This document shows positions 23,548 through 36,113 of a DNA stretch of 64,000 nucleotides, piece after piece. Made by a program: the position numbers and the translations under genes. How positions within the stretch are numbered: the stretch's first letter is position 1; every line of letters begins with the position of its first letter. The stretch comes from Octopus sinensis (Eukaryota), in assembly GCF_006345805.1 (NCBI RefSeq), contig NC_043006.1:42780001-42844000 (forward strand), given 5' to 3'. The notes below the pieces were generated by a model, which searched no databases, was not told where the DNA came from, and saw only the letters and a program-made list of their open reading frames with translations.

Positions 23548-24696
23548 AGAAGCTTGCGATTTTGCAAGTCAGCCCCTCGAGGGCGAGGAAATAATGTTTC
23601 TTCCAAGCTACTGTGGAAAGAAATTATTGAAAGCTTGGATCTGCAGTTTGCCACCCAGACTTGAGCCTGAGTGGATAGAGGACTCTATCTTCTGGGGTCT
23701 GGGTGGTAGCAGTACCAAGCTGCTTAATGTGAAAGTGTTGCCTGCGGCTGATTGAGAGGGGTCAAAAGCTGTTTTGACCCTATGGACCAATCACCGAAAG
23801 TCTGGTCTTTCCAGATTTTTTGAGGATGGCCGGGTCTAGTATCCGGTGTGCTTGAGGGACGCCCCCCCCCCAAGTGGTCACCTGTGTCTGGAGCCTGGAC
23901 ATATCAGGAAAAACTGTACCAAGGGCCATGGTAAGGTCCTGCAGCATGAAAAAGAGAAAGTGCCCGCCGCCCCTTCATTGGAGGGGGAGACGGTGGAAGT
24001 CGTGGAGGAAGTTACCTCCACAAAAAGAAAAAGAAAGGCGAGCAACAATGGTTGCTCACCAAAGAATGTACAGGAGGTGGAGGAGGGTAGCGACCCCCAT
24101 GTCTGTCGACGCAGCCCCCTGCTCCCGCAGCCTCAAAAAGAAAGTGGAAAAAGAGGAGCAGAGGACGGTCGGCAGATGCTCCTAGGCCGCCGCCGGAGCC
24201 GCAGGTGGGATGTGTGCCACCTGCGGATAGGGCTCCGTCAGTGGGAGGTGTGCCACTGACGGATCAGTGTGAGGTCCCTTCCTGTGAAGAGGAGGTGTTT
24301 ATCCTCCTTTACCATGAGGGAGGGAAGGTGAAAAAATTTTTGGACGGCTTGGGTGACCGAGAACGTATGGACACGGTCTGCTCAAGTAGTCCGTTATGGC
24401 CTCCGTAGGTGGCTGCGGAGGTAGTAACGGAAAACATTTTGTCAAAGGTCACAGCGACATTTGACAAGAAAGAATTTGCTTTCCTCCTTGCAGGCCCCGA
24501 CTTGTCATTGCAGAGTTGTCTGCAGGCGGCAAGTCATTTTGCTTGGGGGACCTGACAAGGAGAATTGTTGTAAATCTATGTGCTGCCCTTGTGGAAAATT
24601 AAATGAAAGAAAGTAGCTTGTAAGAGGTTTTAGTGCCTCCTTCTTGTAAGAGGTTTGAAACCTCATATTGATTTTTTGAAAATAAAGAAAAAAGAA
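23548..24696 (+). mobile_element. L1/Tx1-like element remnant: gag-like ORF1 with zinc knuckle joined to a 3' end
   Basis: xHLCLEPGHIRKNC (CX2CX4HX4C, first Cys disrupted) at 23875-23917; ends aataaagaaaaaaga; no RT motif seen. Confidence 0.65.
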
Positions 24697-24885
24697 CATT
24701 GTTTTAGAGAAGCGAAAGTCGGCGGGCGCTTTTCGTCTTCTCCCATCATCATCAGTTTTGCATCACCATCATTCATACCATTAATGTCCATGTCCAGCCC
24801 GCAAAGCTGCCATCTATGTAATGCCCTTGTGGCAAATTATATGAAATAAAGTAAGCTACTTACCAGTTGAGAACAGATATAGAAT

Positions 24886-26045
24886 TAGGGCTCGCAAAAA
24901 ACCGATAATTCCCAAAACCGAGTTCAAGTATAAGTAATTCTCAAAACCGGTTTTCGCTGACGATATTAAGTTTATTCAATAAAAATTCCATAGAATATTC
25001 TGCTTTCAGTAAACCTGTATCATCAGTGCAAATAGCCTTCAAAATAATTTCTACTGAGTGCAGAATTTCATATAGTAAATTGAGAGATTTCTATTCTTCA
25101 TCAGCGATGGCATCTGTGGTAAGTTCTGCTCGTAGAGCATTTGGAATGCAGCTTTTCAATTTAAAAAATCTCTCAATTGTATGGAATGTGTTATTCCCCC
25201 TAATTCTGCAATCCAGTATAAGTTTATATTCTCTGTTATCAAAGTTCGCTCGTACAAAATCTTGCAAAATTTCATTTTTTGTAGGAGATTTACGGAAAAA
25301 TTTTGAAATTTTTCTTACCTTATTTAAAACTTTATTAAATTCAGGTTTTAGCTGGGAAAAACAATCTGTTTGACAAAGTATGTCTTGTTGGCTTATGTCA
25401 GTTTCATCATCACTATCATCTGTTATGACGATCACTATCGTCTGTTATAGTGATCACTATCGTCTGTTATAGTGATCTCTTCACTTTTTTTATCAAAAAA
25501 TTTAGTGTTACTTCCTTGAAATGAATCTGGAACTGGTTATTACATATGCTCAACGGGAAAGATCACCCGACTGAAGACTAACACATCCCCTTGACTTGCT
25601 ATGAATAAACTCAGTTACTTGCAAATTCAAAGAGTCAGCAGGGGTTAGTGAAGGAGATGACAAGGTGCTGATCTAAGGTTCAAGGAGAAAGAAGGTGAGA
25701 ATTGATATGTTGCGATATGTTTCAATGAAACAGACAGCACTCTCAACAAAAGGCGACCGACAACAGTTCAGTTAGTTCAGTTTCAACGATATTTCTTGAA
25801 AAGTAAAAATGGAGAAATGTTTTGCGAAAAAAAAAAAGAAAGAAACAGCGGATCTTTTCACTTTGACCGGCACATTTAAAAAATAGTTATTTGTAACTCA
25901 ACACTTTTAAACTTCGTATACTGGTAGAATGTGTTGCATAAAACATCTTTTATTGAAAAGATCCAAAGCAGCAAGCTTTAAAATCGGTTTTGGCAAATCG
26001 GTTTCGGTTTTATTGATCATAATATAAAACCGGTTTCGAGGCCTA
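24886..26045 (-). mobile_element. hAT DNA transposon, internally deleted, with transposase fragment
   Basis: Imperfect TIRs TAGGGCTCG / CGAGGCCTA; perfect 8-bp TSD TATAGAAT (24878-24885, 26046-26053); KVRKISKFFRKSPTKNEIL...LILDCRIRGNN (hAT LDxxTRWNS motif) at 25091-25435. Confidence 0.92.
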
Positions 26046-26321
26046 TATAGAATATAACACTATTTGCAACAGTTTTGCCTGATGGTCAAAAAATTTACCA
26101 CTCCTTGTAAACTGCATGGTCTGCAGGTTGAAAGACGTTCTGCTGTTAAAATCAGTTACTTTAGTAAAATGTAATAATAGATCTCTGTTGGTTTCAAGGA
26201 TAAGAACCTAACTGGACAGTCAACTGAACAACCTGTCCATTGAGTTAGCATGTAATTGGCTGAGTATTCCAAAGATACATGTGCATCTGATATAATCCTC
26301 ACATGGAGTCAGCATGACATT

Positions 26322-26711
26322 TCTTTTATTCTTTTACTTGTTTCAGTCATTTGACTGTGGCCATGCTGGACCATTACCTTTAGTCAAGCAAATAAACCCT
26401 AGGACTTATTCTTTGTAAGCCTAGAACTTATTCTATCAGTTTCCTTTGCTGAACTGCTAAGTTATGGGAATGTAAACACACCAGCATCAGTTGTCAAGTG
26501 ACGTTGGGGGCACAAACACACATATACACATACATTTATATATATATTTATATATACGATGGGCTTCTTTCAGTTTCTGTCAACCAAATCGACTGGCAAG
26601 GCTTTGGTTGGTCCAAGGCTATAGTAGGAGACACTTACCCAAGGTGGCATGCAGTGGAACTGAAACCGGAACCATGTGGTTGGTAGGCAAGCTACTTACC
26701 ACACAGCCACT
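26322..26711 (-). mobile_element. SINE family A
   Basis: Match to family. Confidence 0.88.
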
Positions 26712-26718
26712 ACAATTA

Positions 26719-26815
26719 AGACAGCAAGCTGGCTGAATCGTTAGCTCACTGGGCAAAATGCTTACCTGCATTTTGTCTGTCTTTACATTCTGTGTTCAAA
26801 TTCCACTGAGGTCAT
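26719..26815 (+). mobile_element. SINE family B head fragment
   Basis: gcaagctggctgaatcgttagc...gttcaaattccactgaggtc. Confidence 0.7.
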
Positions 26816-26984
26816 TCCTTTTGTGATTGCTGTTTTTCTCTAGAACAGATTCTTGTTTGAAATGTTTGAATCCATGTCTCCCTTTCTCATGAGAAATTCC
26901 TTATTATTTAAGCTGTAACAATCAACTCTTGCCAAACTATTTTACCCATGTGTACAAGAAAATGTAGACAATTACACACACACA

Positions 26985-27200
26985 CACTTGTTTCAGTCAT
27001 TGGGTTGTGGCCATGCTGGAGCACCATCTTGAAGGGTTTCTTCAAACAAATTAACCCCTAGTACTTATTTTTGATTTAATGTCTGATACTTATTCTATCA
27101 GGCCATCCTGGGGCTTTTGGAGAAGACACTTGCTTATGGTGCCACACAGTGGGATTGAACCTGGAACCATGTGGTTTCAAAGCGATATTTTTAACCATTA
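26985..27200 (-). mobile_element. SINE family A with internal deletion
   Basis: Tail joined directly to agaagacacttgc...ggaaccatgtgg. Confidence 0.7.
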
Positions 27201-27254
27201 AGCTATGTCTTTTATATTAAAACAGTAATCTTTCAAAACAAAACTAGCCATGTG

Positions 27255-27500
27255 TGCAGAATATATATATATATACATACATACATACACACATACACAA
27301 ACACACTTACACATACATGCACACACACGCACACACACATATATACACACACACATATATATACACATACATATATATGTGCATACATACATATATACAC
27401 ACACACATACACATATATATGCATACATACATTCATACATGCATACAAATACACACTTATATATGTGTGTGTATATATATATATATGTATACACATACAA

Positions 27501-27531
<31 letters not shown>

Positions 27532-27849
27532 TATATATATATATATATACATGTATATGTGTGTAACTTCAGTGTTTGCTTATGGGAATGTTTTGAAAAT
27601 ATATCATTTACAAATTACATTTACTTATAAACCTTTCTAATTTATTAATTATCATTATTGATTTAATTAGGCACCTACTTACTGCTTATTATTCATCCAG
27701 TTATCAATTCGTTTATCGATATATTTACATATTTACTATGCAAATATATATATATATATACATGTGCATATATGTACATATATATATGTATGTATGTACG
27801 TATATATATATATATGTGTGTATATATATATACATATATATATATTATA

Positions 27850-27922
<73 letters not shown>

Positions 27923-27935
27923 ATATGTATACACT
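27255..27935. repeat. Compound (CA)n/(TA)n microsatellites
   Basis: Direct reading. Confidence 0.95.
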
Positions 27936-28156
27936 TCTTTTATTGATTATGAAGCAGTTTTTTTATGTATGTGTTATACTTAACATGAAATGACAGTTTG
28001 ATTGCACTGTTTACCTCTGGTTCTTTGACGTAAATTATAGAGAAATTATTTTGAACTGTTGTGAATCAAATTCTTTCCTTTCTGGAAGTATAACACACAC
28101 AAACATAATATACATACATGTGTGTATGTCTGTGTGTGTGTATATGTGTATGCATA

Positions 28157-28187
<31 letters not shown>

Positions 28188-28269
28188 GCATGTATGTATG
28201 TATTTATGTATGTATGTATGTATGTATGTATGTATGTATGTATGTATGTATGTTTGTGTGTATATGTTG

Positions 28270-28530
28270 TTCTATATTTTAGAGATGAGAAATTCTGTGC
28301 ATTATTTACATTTGATGGATATGTGTCCTCCTCTGGTTTGTTGTTACCACAATGTTTCGGCTGATTTACTCTCCAGCCTTCATTAGGTGTCCTGGTAGAA
28401 TTCTAAAACCAACCCTGGGTCCTCATTCCTAGAGTATTTTTTTGCTGATATTATCATTGTTATTATTATTGTTGTTTATTCAAGGCACTGCCAAGAATTG
28501 AACTTGCAATCTTGGGGTTAGCAGCCCACG
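28270..28530 (-). mobile_element. SINE family F, third copy
   Basis: Same head, (AAT)n and tail; hammerhead-like module at 28346-28391. Confidence 0.8.
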
Positions 28531-28585
28531 CTTTTCAGCAAATAGACTTCATTCTATTTACATATGTGTAACAGACCAGTGATTG

Positions 28586-28634
<49 letters not shown>

Positions 28635-28669
28635 TATGTATTTCGAGTGTTGGGCCTTGGGTCTCACAG

Positions 28670-29045
28670 AGCCAAAGTGGCTGAGTTCCTTTCGAGTGTT
28701 GGGCCTCACAGAGACAATGACCGAGACCTTTGGTGTTATGTTGTGCTTGAGAAGGAGACCCATCAAGGTGAGAAAAATTGCGGTCATGGCTGATACCAGT
28801 TTCACGAAAATAGCACTCATGCCTGTGGCACGTAAAAGCACCCTAGTGTCATGCAAATGACACCTGTGCCAGTGGCACATAAAAACACCCATTACACTTT
28901 TGGAGTGGTTGGCATTAGGAAGGGCATCCAGTCATAGAAAACCATGCCAAATCAGACTGGAGTCTGGTGCAGCCTTCCAGCATGCCAGCCCAGTCAAACC
29001 ATCCAACTCATGCCAGCATGGACAACGGACATTAAATGATGATGA
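28670..29045 (+). mobile_element. SINE family C, long form
   Basis: 5' gagtgttgggcctcac..., internal gtggcacNtaaaa modules, (GAT)n tail. Confidence 0.8.
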
Positions 29046-29109
29046 TGTATGTAAGTATGTATATGTATATGAATATAAATATTTATACATATATGTATAT
29101 TAGAATTAG

Positions 29110-29560
29110 AATTCCAACCATCAAACTGGACAGCACTGGATAATACCAAAGATCCCATTTTCTGCATCTCAGATAAGGACCCAGTATTGCAACAGTTTGG
29201 CGTTCAGGGGACCACAATTATTTAACATCCGACCAAACAGAGATTTACAAGGTGTAGATGTGGAAACCTTCAAAATGCACCTGGGAAAATTCTATCTGAA
29301 ATCTTAGATGAACCCACATCACAGCAGGAGACACAAAGAAGAGCAGTTCCGTCCAATGAACTAAAAGCAGTACAGAAAGGTGATCCCAAAATAATGAAAT
29401 GCAGTACTCCAACATGGCCTTATCATCCAGCTGAAACCAGTAAAAGAACTTATGTAACCATTCTTGGTGATTCCGTAGTGAGTTATCTCGCCTGGTCTGT
29501 GACATTCAGGTGTTCTTTAATATTTGGTGTCATGTAGGGAGCTTTCCCTGGACACTATCC
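29110..29560 (+). mobile_element. CR1-group LINE 3' end (decayed)
   Basis: FRGPQLFNIRPNRDLQGVDVETFKMHLGKF / EILDEPTSQQETQRRAVPSNEL, typical CR1-group GPxLFNxLP...FKxxLDKFL C-terminus. Confidence 0.75.
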
Positions 29561-29693
29561 CACAGTGGCATATAAACAAAACACATACATTATGAACAAT
29601 TTTAATTCAATTTGTCATAATATTTTCGTTGCTTTGAGACCACGACCTGTTCACTGACAAAATGAGATGTAGCACGGAATTTTGTCAGTGAAC

Positions 29694-30073
29694 AGGCCGC
29701 CTTTAGTCGAGCAAATCGACCCGAGGACTTATTCTTTGGAAGCCTAGTACTTATTCGATCGATCTCTTTTGCTGAACCGTTAAGTTACGGGGAGGTAAAC
29801 ACACCAGCATTGGTTGTCAAGCGATGTTGGGGGAAACAAACACAGACACACAAACATATACACACACTCACATACACACACACATATATATATATATATA
29901 CACACATATATACAACAGGCTTCTTTCAGTTTCCGTCTACCAAATCCACTCACAAGCTTTGGTTGCCCCAGGCTATAGTAAAAGACACTTGCCCAAGGTG
30001 CCACGCAGTGGGACTGAACCCGGAACCATGTGGTTCGTAAGCAAGCTACTTACCACACAGCCACTCCTATGCC
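29694..30073 (-). mobile_element. SINE family A (3'-truncated)
   Basis: Match to family. Confidence 0.9.
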
Positions 30074-30499
30074 TATTATTTAAAACTATTTAAAACTATT
30101 TGATTTTCTGACAGACTTTAGACTAAACACAAGAACAACAACAACAGCAAGATAATCTATCAAAGAGTACAAAATTAAAAGAATATTAATACAAAATTAT
30201 CAACAAACATCCTGAAGCCAAAATCCCTCACATTTGTATGAACCAAAGAATGGTAACAATGTGTTACATCTGCCTAGTAACAATATGTTCAGAATAGCAA
30301 TCAAGATCTTCTTCAAATCACAACCTTCTATCTTGTGTATGTTTCAACAAACGATATTTCTACACAATAGATAGACATGTTAAGAATAACAAACAATTCT
30401 CTCTCAAATCACAACATGCTATCAAATGCTATTTTGATTTAATATCCATGCATTGCTTGTTAGCTACACTAGTTGCATATGAAATGAAAGACTACCGTT

Positions 30500-31200
30500 T
30501 AAAACATAAAAAATAACTTTTGGTTTTGTATTTGGTTTGCAAGATTTCTGATGCAAACTCATGTGTTGAAACATAGTTTCTTGTATCTTGGGAGGGTCTT
30601 TATACCAATAATAAACACTCACACAGGTTCTATTTCACTTCTTTATTCTTATTTGTTAATCGGTTAAAATGATTAACCAATTAACTAATTGATAGTCTGA
30701 GTAGTCATTCAGACAATCAATCAATCCACTATGTTATCAAAGCCCTTTTATTACCATTCACGACCTTACATTCTGCATTCAAATTCTGCCAAGATCGACT
30801 TTACCTTTTGTCCTTTTGGGGGTCAATGAAATAGGTACCAGTTATGCGCTGGTGTCGATATAATCGATTAACCCCCTTCCCCCAAAATTTTCAGGGCCTT
30901 GTGCCTAGAGTAGAAATAATTATCATTCACGACCTTGTTGATGACAAGCTCTAGACCTGAAGCAGACCTAGGGAGATGGCATGTCATTGAGGAGGCTATG
31001 AATGGCAACAAAAAGACTTTGACAAAACCAGCAGATTAACTGACCAAATAATTAATCACCTGATTAGTTGATTGGTTAATTGCTTAACCAATTGACTTAC
31101 AATAATAAAAGAAGTGAAATAGAACCAGTGCATGTGTTTATTGTTGGCATAATGAACCTCTCAAAATACAACAAAACGGGATAACAAATCTACAAAATAC
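30500..31200. mobile_element. MITE-like element with long inverted arms; SINE B inserted at 30765-30922
   Basis: ccaataataaacac...ggttctatttcacttctttatt (about 30605-30650) inverts aataaaagaagtgaaatagaacc...gtgtttattgttgg (about 31105-31147). Confidence 0.6.
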
Positions 31201-31505
31201 AAAAAAATTCACAATTCTTTTTGAATACTTGTGTATAGTTTTTAACATTTTGCCAATTATTACTCTTTCTTTTTTCTTCTGTCTCTGTCTACCCCTCTCT
31301 CTTTCTCTATCTCTTTCTCTTTCTCTCTTATTTTCCTAAAAAAGGAAAAAAATAAAAGATTTCAGTTTGTAATCACAAACTGAAGGTGAGAATATTGATA
31401 CTATTTGGCAATTTCCATGCAGATGCACCAAAATAGGCACCTCATTTTCTTTTCTTCACTTCTCAAAATCATCTTCATATCCATATGTTCTCAAAGTAAC
31501 AAATT

Positions 31506-31585
31506 CTTATGTTCAATTCTATATTTAAGAGATGAGGAATTATGTACATTATTTACATTCAATGGATATTTGTCCTCATCTTGAA
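31506..31585 (-). mobile_element. SINE family F 3' tail fragment
   Basis: ttctatatttaagagatgaggaattatgtac...ggatatttgtcctcatcttg. Confidence 0.75.
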
Positions 31586-31689
31586 ATTTAGTGTGTTCAC
31601 CTGAAGAAATTTAGTGTGTTCATTCTTGCCTTTACATGTGGTTTACATAATACTGTGTACTACTGCTTTTTTTAGGCATGGCACTCTGT

Positions 31690-32045
31690 TTGTTGCGATG
31701 ACAAGGATTCCCGATCAAACAGAACAGCCACCTCGTGAAATTAACGTGCAAGTGGCTGAGCACTCCATAGACATGTCTACCCTTAATGTAGTTCTCAGGG
31801 AGATTCAGTGTGACACAAAGTGTGACAAGGCTGGCCCTTTGAAATACAAGTACAAAAGAAACAGGATGAAAGAGCGAGAGAAAGTTGTGATGAAAGAGTA
31901 CAGCAGGGTTTGCCATCTGCCGGAGCCTCGTGGAGCTTTTGGTGATTTCGCTCAATAAACACTCACAACAACCAGTCTGGGAATCAAAACCATGATCCTA
32001 CGACCACGAGTCTGCTGCCATAACCACTGAGCCATTGCACCCTCA
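31690..32045 (-). mobile_element. SINE family D
   Basis: Match to 7658-8040. Confidence 0.88.
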
Positions 32046-32117
32046 TGTACTACCACTAAAATAGTTTGCTATTAATAATGTTTGAATACGGCGGATAAGC
32101 CTCTTCATGTTCGTCAT

Positions 32118-32435
32118 CATCATCATCATCGTTTAACATCCGTTTTCCATGCTAGCATGGGTTGGACGGTTCAACTGGGGTCTGGGAAGCCAGAAGGCTG
32201 CGCCAGGCCCAGTCTGATCTGGCAGTGTTTCTACAGCTGGATGCCCTTCACAAGGCCAACCACTCCGTGAGAGTAGTGGGTGCTTTTTATGTACCACCTG
32301 CACAGGTGCCAGACGAGGCTGGAAAACGGCCATGATCGGATGGTGCTTTTTACGTGCCACCAGCACAAAGGCCAGTCAGGGCGGCACTGGCCTCCGACTA
32401 GCCTCTGTGCCGGTGGCGCGTAAAAAGCACCATCT
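32118..32435 (-). mobile_element. SINE family C
   Basis: Match to family. Confidence 0.88.
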
Positions 32436-32439
32436 GATT

Positions 32440-32570
32440 ATGAGTTCAAATTCCACCTAAGTTGACTTTGCTTTCATCCTTTCACAGTTGATAAAATAAG
32501 TACCAATTGAACATTGGGGTTGATGTAATCAACTCACCCCACCTCCTTCAAATTGATGGCCTTGTGCCAA
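32440..32570 (+). mobile_element. SINE family B, partial
   Basis: gagttcaaattcc...gttgactttgctttcatcc. Confidence 0.7.
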
Positions 32571-33064
32571 AAAAAAAATTTTATATCAAAACTGAAGTTA
32601 ATCAATAGAAACAAATGTATAAGTGTAACACGACGCAAAATATTATTGAGTTTATTGTCTGTTATGCAGATATGAGATTATGTGAAATATTATAGAAATA
32701 GTTATTGTTACTGCTAGAAGGTCTGTCTCAGTAATCATTTCCCCTCAGGATAGCCCTGATCAAGCAAACACATGATGGAAGGTGCTCTGGCCATGATCAT
32801 CATGTCTTTCCAGGAATATGTGAGATTACATTAGCTAATGTGTCTTTTACTTATTCAAGATAGTAAGCAAGGTGTAATTTGTGAAAGTTTCACCTGCTAT
32901 TTTAGTAAATGTCAAAAGGCCCTCTTATTAGCTTGCCTTAAATACTGTTATCTATCTCTGAAATTCTAGATGTCAGGTTAACCGATCTAACTGAAGATTT
33001 ATTCCTTTATTTATTAATACTCTCCTTGTCAATATTACATACTCAATTCTTTTATCCATATATA

Positions 33065-33296
33065 CTCTCTTTACTCTTACTCTTTTACTCTGTTTCAGTC
33101 ATTTGACTGTGGCCATGCTGGAGCACCGCCTTTAGTTGAGCAAATCGACCCCAGGACTTATTCTTTGTAAGCCTAGTACTTATTCTATTGGTCTTTTGCC
33201 AAACTGCTAAGTTACAGGGACGTAAACACACCAGCATCGGTTGTCAAGTGATGTTGGGAGGGACAAACACAGACACACAAACATTTACACACATGT

Positions 33297-33331
<35 letters not shown>

Positions 33332-33503
33332 CATATATACAACAGGCTTCTTTCAGTTTCCGTCTACCAAATTCACTCACAAGGCTTTGGTCGGTCTGAG
33401 GCTATAGTAGAAGACACTTGCCCAAGGTGCCACACAGTAGAACTGAACCCGGAACCATGTGGTTGGTAAGCAAGCTACTTACCACACACCCACTCCTATG
33501 CCT
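33065..33503 (-). mobile_element. SINE family A, full length
   Basis: Match to family. Confidence 0.92.
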
Positions 33504-34059
33504 ATACCATATAATGTTGATATTTGATCTCCTTAGACGTGAATTCTAGTGACTATTGGTGGAATTCTAGTGACTTCTATGGAAAAGGAATTAATATAAT
33601 TGTCAACTCATATTTTATTCCACACACCACATAGCAGCTGAACAGGCAGAATCATTAGAGCATCAAACAAAATGCCTACAGTGTTTCCTATTTTTCTACA
33701 GGTTTTATATTTTGAGTTCAAATCCTCAATGACCAGGCTCAATGACATGTGAATATTTGCAAACAACTGCTGACAAATCCTTGAGATTTTTATTATTTTC
33801 TAAGATTTTACAAAAACAACAAAGATTTTTTTAAATCTCCATAGAAGTCACTAGAATTCCACTAACAGTCACTAGAATTCATGTCTAAGGAGATCAAATA
33901 TCAACATTATATGGTATAGGCGTAGGAGTGGGTATGTGGTAAGTAGCTTGCTTACCAACCACATGGTTCCAGGTTCAGTTCCACTGCGTGGCACCTTGGG
34001 CAAGTGTCTTCTACTTGGCCTCAGGCCGACCAAAGCCTTGTGAGTGAACTTGGTAGACG
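33361..34059. repeat. Local inverted duplication, arms of about 220 bp, 254-bp spacer
   Basis: 33361-33583 is the near reverse complement of 33838-34059, including about 80 bp of non-SINE flank. Confidence 0.92.
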
Positions 34060-34089
34060 TTTCAGGTGTCATGTTGTAATTGGGGATGA

Positions 34090-34596
34090 AAACTGGATCT
34101 AATTAATAAGAAAAAAAATTAGTGAATTCATTCCATCTACGCTTCAGGATATGTTGTCAAGCAAGGGCTGTTTGAACAGAAGGCCATATTGTGTGTGTTT
34201 GATGAAATTTCAAAGGGATGTTAGATTTTGAGCATGTGCTAGATGTCATGCTATGAATGCTAGCCTCTATGTTCAACATATGCTGCAAGTACAAACAAGC
34301 TTTGAAAGTCTGCTACTCAGCATTGGTCAATCAAAGATGTACGCTCTTACAGCATGACAATGCCCCAGCTCACTCTGCCAATGTGACCAAGCACAAAGTT
34401 GAGGAACTTGAGGGGACGGAAGTGCTCCTCACTCTGCCTGAAGTCCAAACCATGCACAATCAGCTTACCACCTTTTCTGAGCCATGGTTCATTTCCTGCA
34501 TGGACGGTGGTTCAACAGTGTGGATGCACTGGAAAATGGGTGCAGGGAGATTTTAGATTTTTGCCTCTAAAGCAGGCAAATGGTATATGTGTAAAA
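34090..34596 (+). mobile_element. Mariner transposase pseudogene fragment
   Basis: LLQHDNAPAHSA (second D of the catalytic triad), then frameshifted YHLF...HFL region. Confidence 0.85.
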
Positions 34597-34828
34597 GGCG
34601 GCGAGCTGGCAGAAACATTAGCATGCCAGGCGATATGCTTAGCGGTATTTCGTCTGCCGCTACGTTCTGAGTTCAAATTCTGCTGAGGTCGACTTTGCCT
34701 TTCATTCTTTCGGGGTCGATTAAATAAGTACCAGTTACGCACTGGGGTCGATATAATCGACTTAATCCCTTTGTCTGTCCTTGTTTTTCCTCTCTGTGTT
34801 TAGCTCCTTGTGGGTAGTAAAGAAACAG
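34597..34828 (+). mobile_element. SINE family B, young full-length copy with alternative tail
   Basis: ggcggcgagctggcagaaac...; tail shared with 2395-2470. Confidence 0.92.
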
Positions 34829-35118
34829 GTATTTGTGTAAAACAAGCTCCTGGCACAACAATGGCAACGGACAATAGAGTACAATGGGATATATTTTCAT
34901 ATATTTTTGGTTCAACCTGGTATGTACATTTGTATGTATATGTACAGATACTTATTGCATGAGTGTATATACTTTTTTTAAAATTTTCTAATTGGGAAAC
35001 ATTTAGAAACGTGAATAAGGGGCAGAGGGTTTCATGCAGGGCACTTACCAATCTCTTTAGGTGTCAAAGAAGAGAACTATGGAATCTTTTTGCCAATTAG
35101 AAAATAAACAAATATATA

Positions 35119-35149
<31 letters not shown>

Positions 35150-35433
35150 AATAGAAAAAGGTTTCAAAGAAAAAGGCCTATATGTGGTATAAATAGTGCA
35201 GCAAAGATTAAATAGAGAGGCAACTTTCAATAATAAATATCAACCACAACTTAACAGGAACACACAACTTAATACAGAACTTAATACAGTACACTATTAA
35301 CCTTACTAGTACCGATAATCCCACTAATCCCTATAGATCCCCATATACCATTCATATTCTAGTAATCATATCTACCTTAATTGAATCACTTTTAGAGCTG
35401 CTTACCTCCCCTGTATGTAATCTTTTCACTCAG

Positions 35434-35504
35434 GTACTATTAGATCTAACACTATGTGGAAATTGGTGTTGATTCAGAGTCAGTGGTCAGCTCTGGTGAA
35501 ACCG
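35434..35504 (+). CDS. Candidate internal exon (71 bp)
   Basis: tcttttcactcag|G...CCG|gtaaga; one open frame, (G)TIRSNTMWKLVLIQSQWSALVKP. Confidence 0.25.
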
Positions 35505-35704
35505 GTAAGACTTTGACTTTCTATAATAACTCATAAAAATGAATTTTATACTTCTTAATTCCGACTCACATCATTTATTTATATGCATATATCGTTGTTT
35601 TTATTAAAAAAGATGTTACTTTTATACCTAATGTGCATTTTCTTTGTTTCTTTTTACTTACCCCCTATGTATATAGTGCAGTCCCACTGCTCACTGAATC
35701 TTAT

Positions 35705-35990
35705 CAAACCATCCAACACATGCCAGCATGAAGATCAGACATTAAATTATGATGATGAAAAGTCATGCTAGTACCACATAATAGCACCCAAACCAGCATC
35801 CTGTAAAAGAGCTCATGCTTTTTAAAGCACCCAGCACAATCTCTAAAGTTGTTGGGATTAGGAAGGGCATCCAACCATAGAAACCAAGCCAAATCAGACC
35901 AGAACCTGGTACAGCTCTCCTGCTTGCCAGCTCTGGTCAAAATGTCCAACCCATGCCAGCATGGAAAATGGGTGTTAAGTGATGATGCTA
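35705..35990 (+). mobile_element. Two SINE family C pieces in tandem
   Basis: Tail at 35705-35780, longer copy at 35790-35990. Confidence 0.75.
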
Positions 35991-36076
35991 TATGTATTTG
36001 TGTATGTATGTATGTATATATATGTGTGTGTGTGCATGTATGTGTACATATATATACATATATATATTATATATAT

Positions 36077-36113
<37 letters not shown>

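Noticed and set aside
28015-28081. Minus-strand segment with good acceptor and donor sites
   Set aside because: All three frames contain stop codons.
35406-35490. Minus-strand exon-like segment
   Set aside because: Stops in all three frames.
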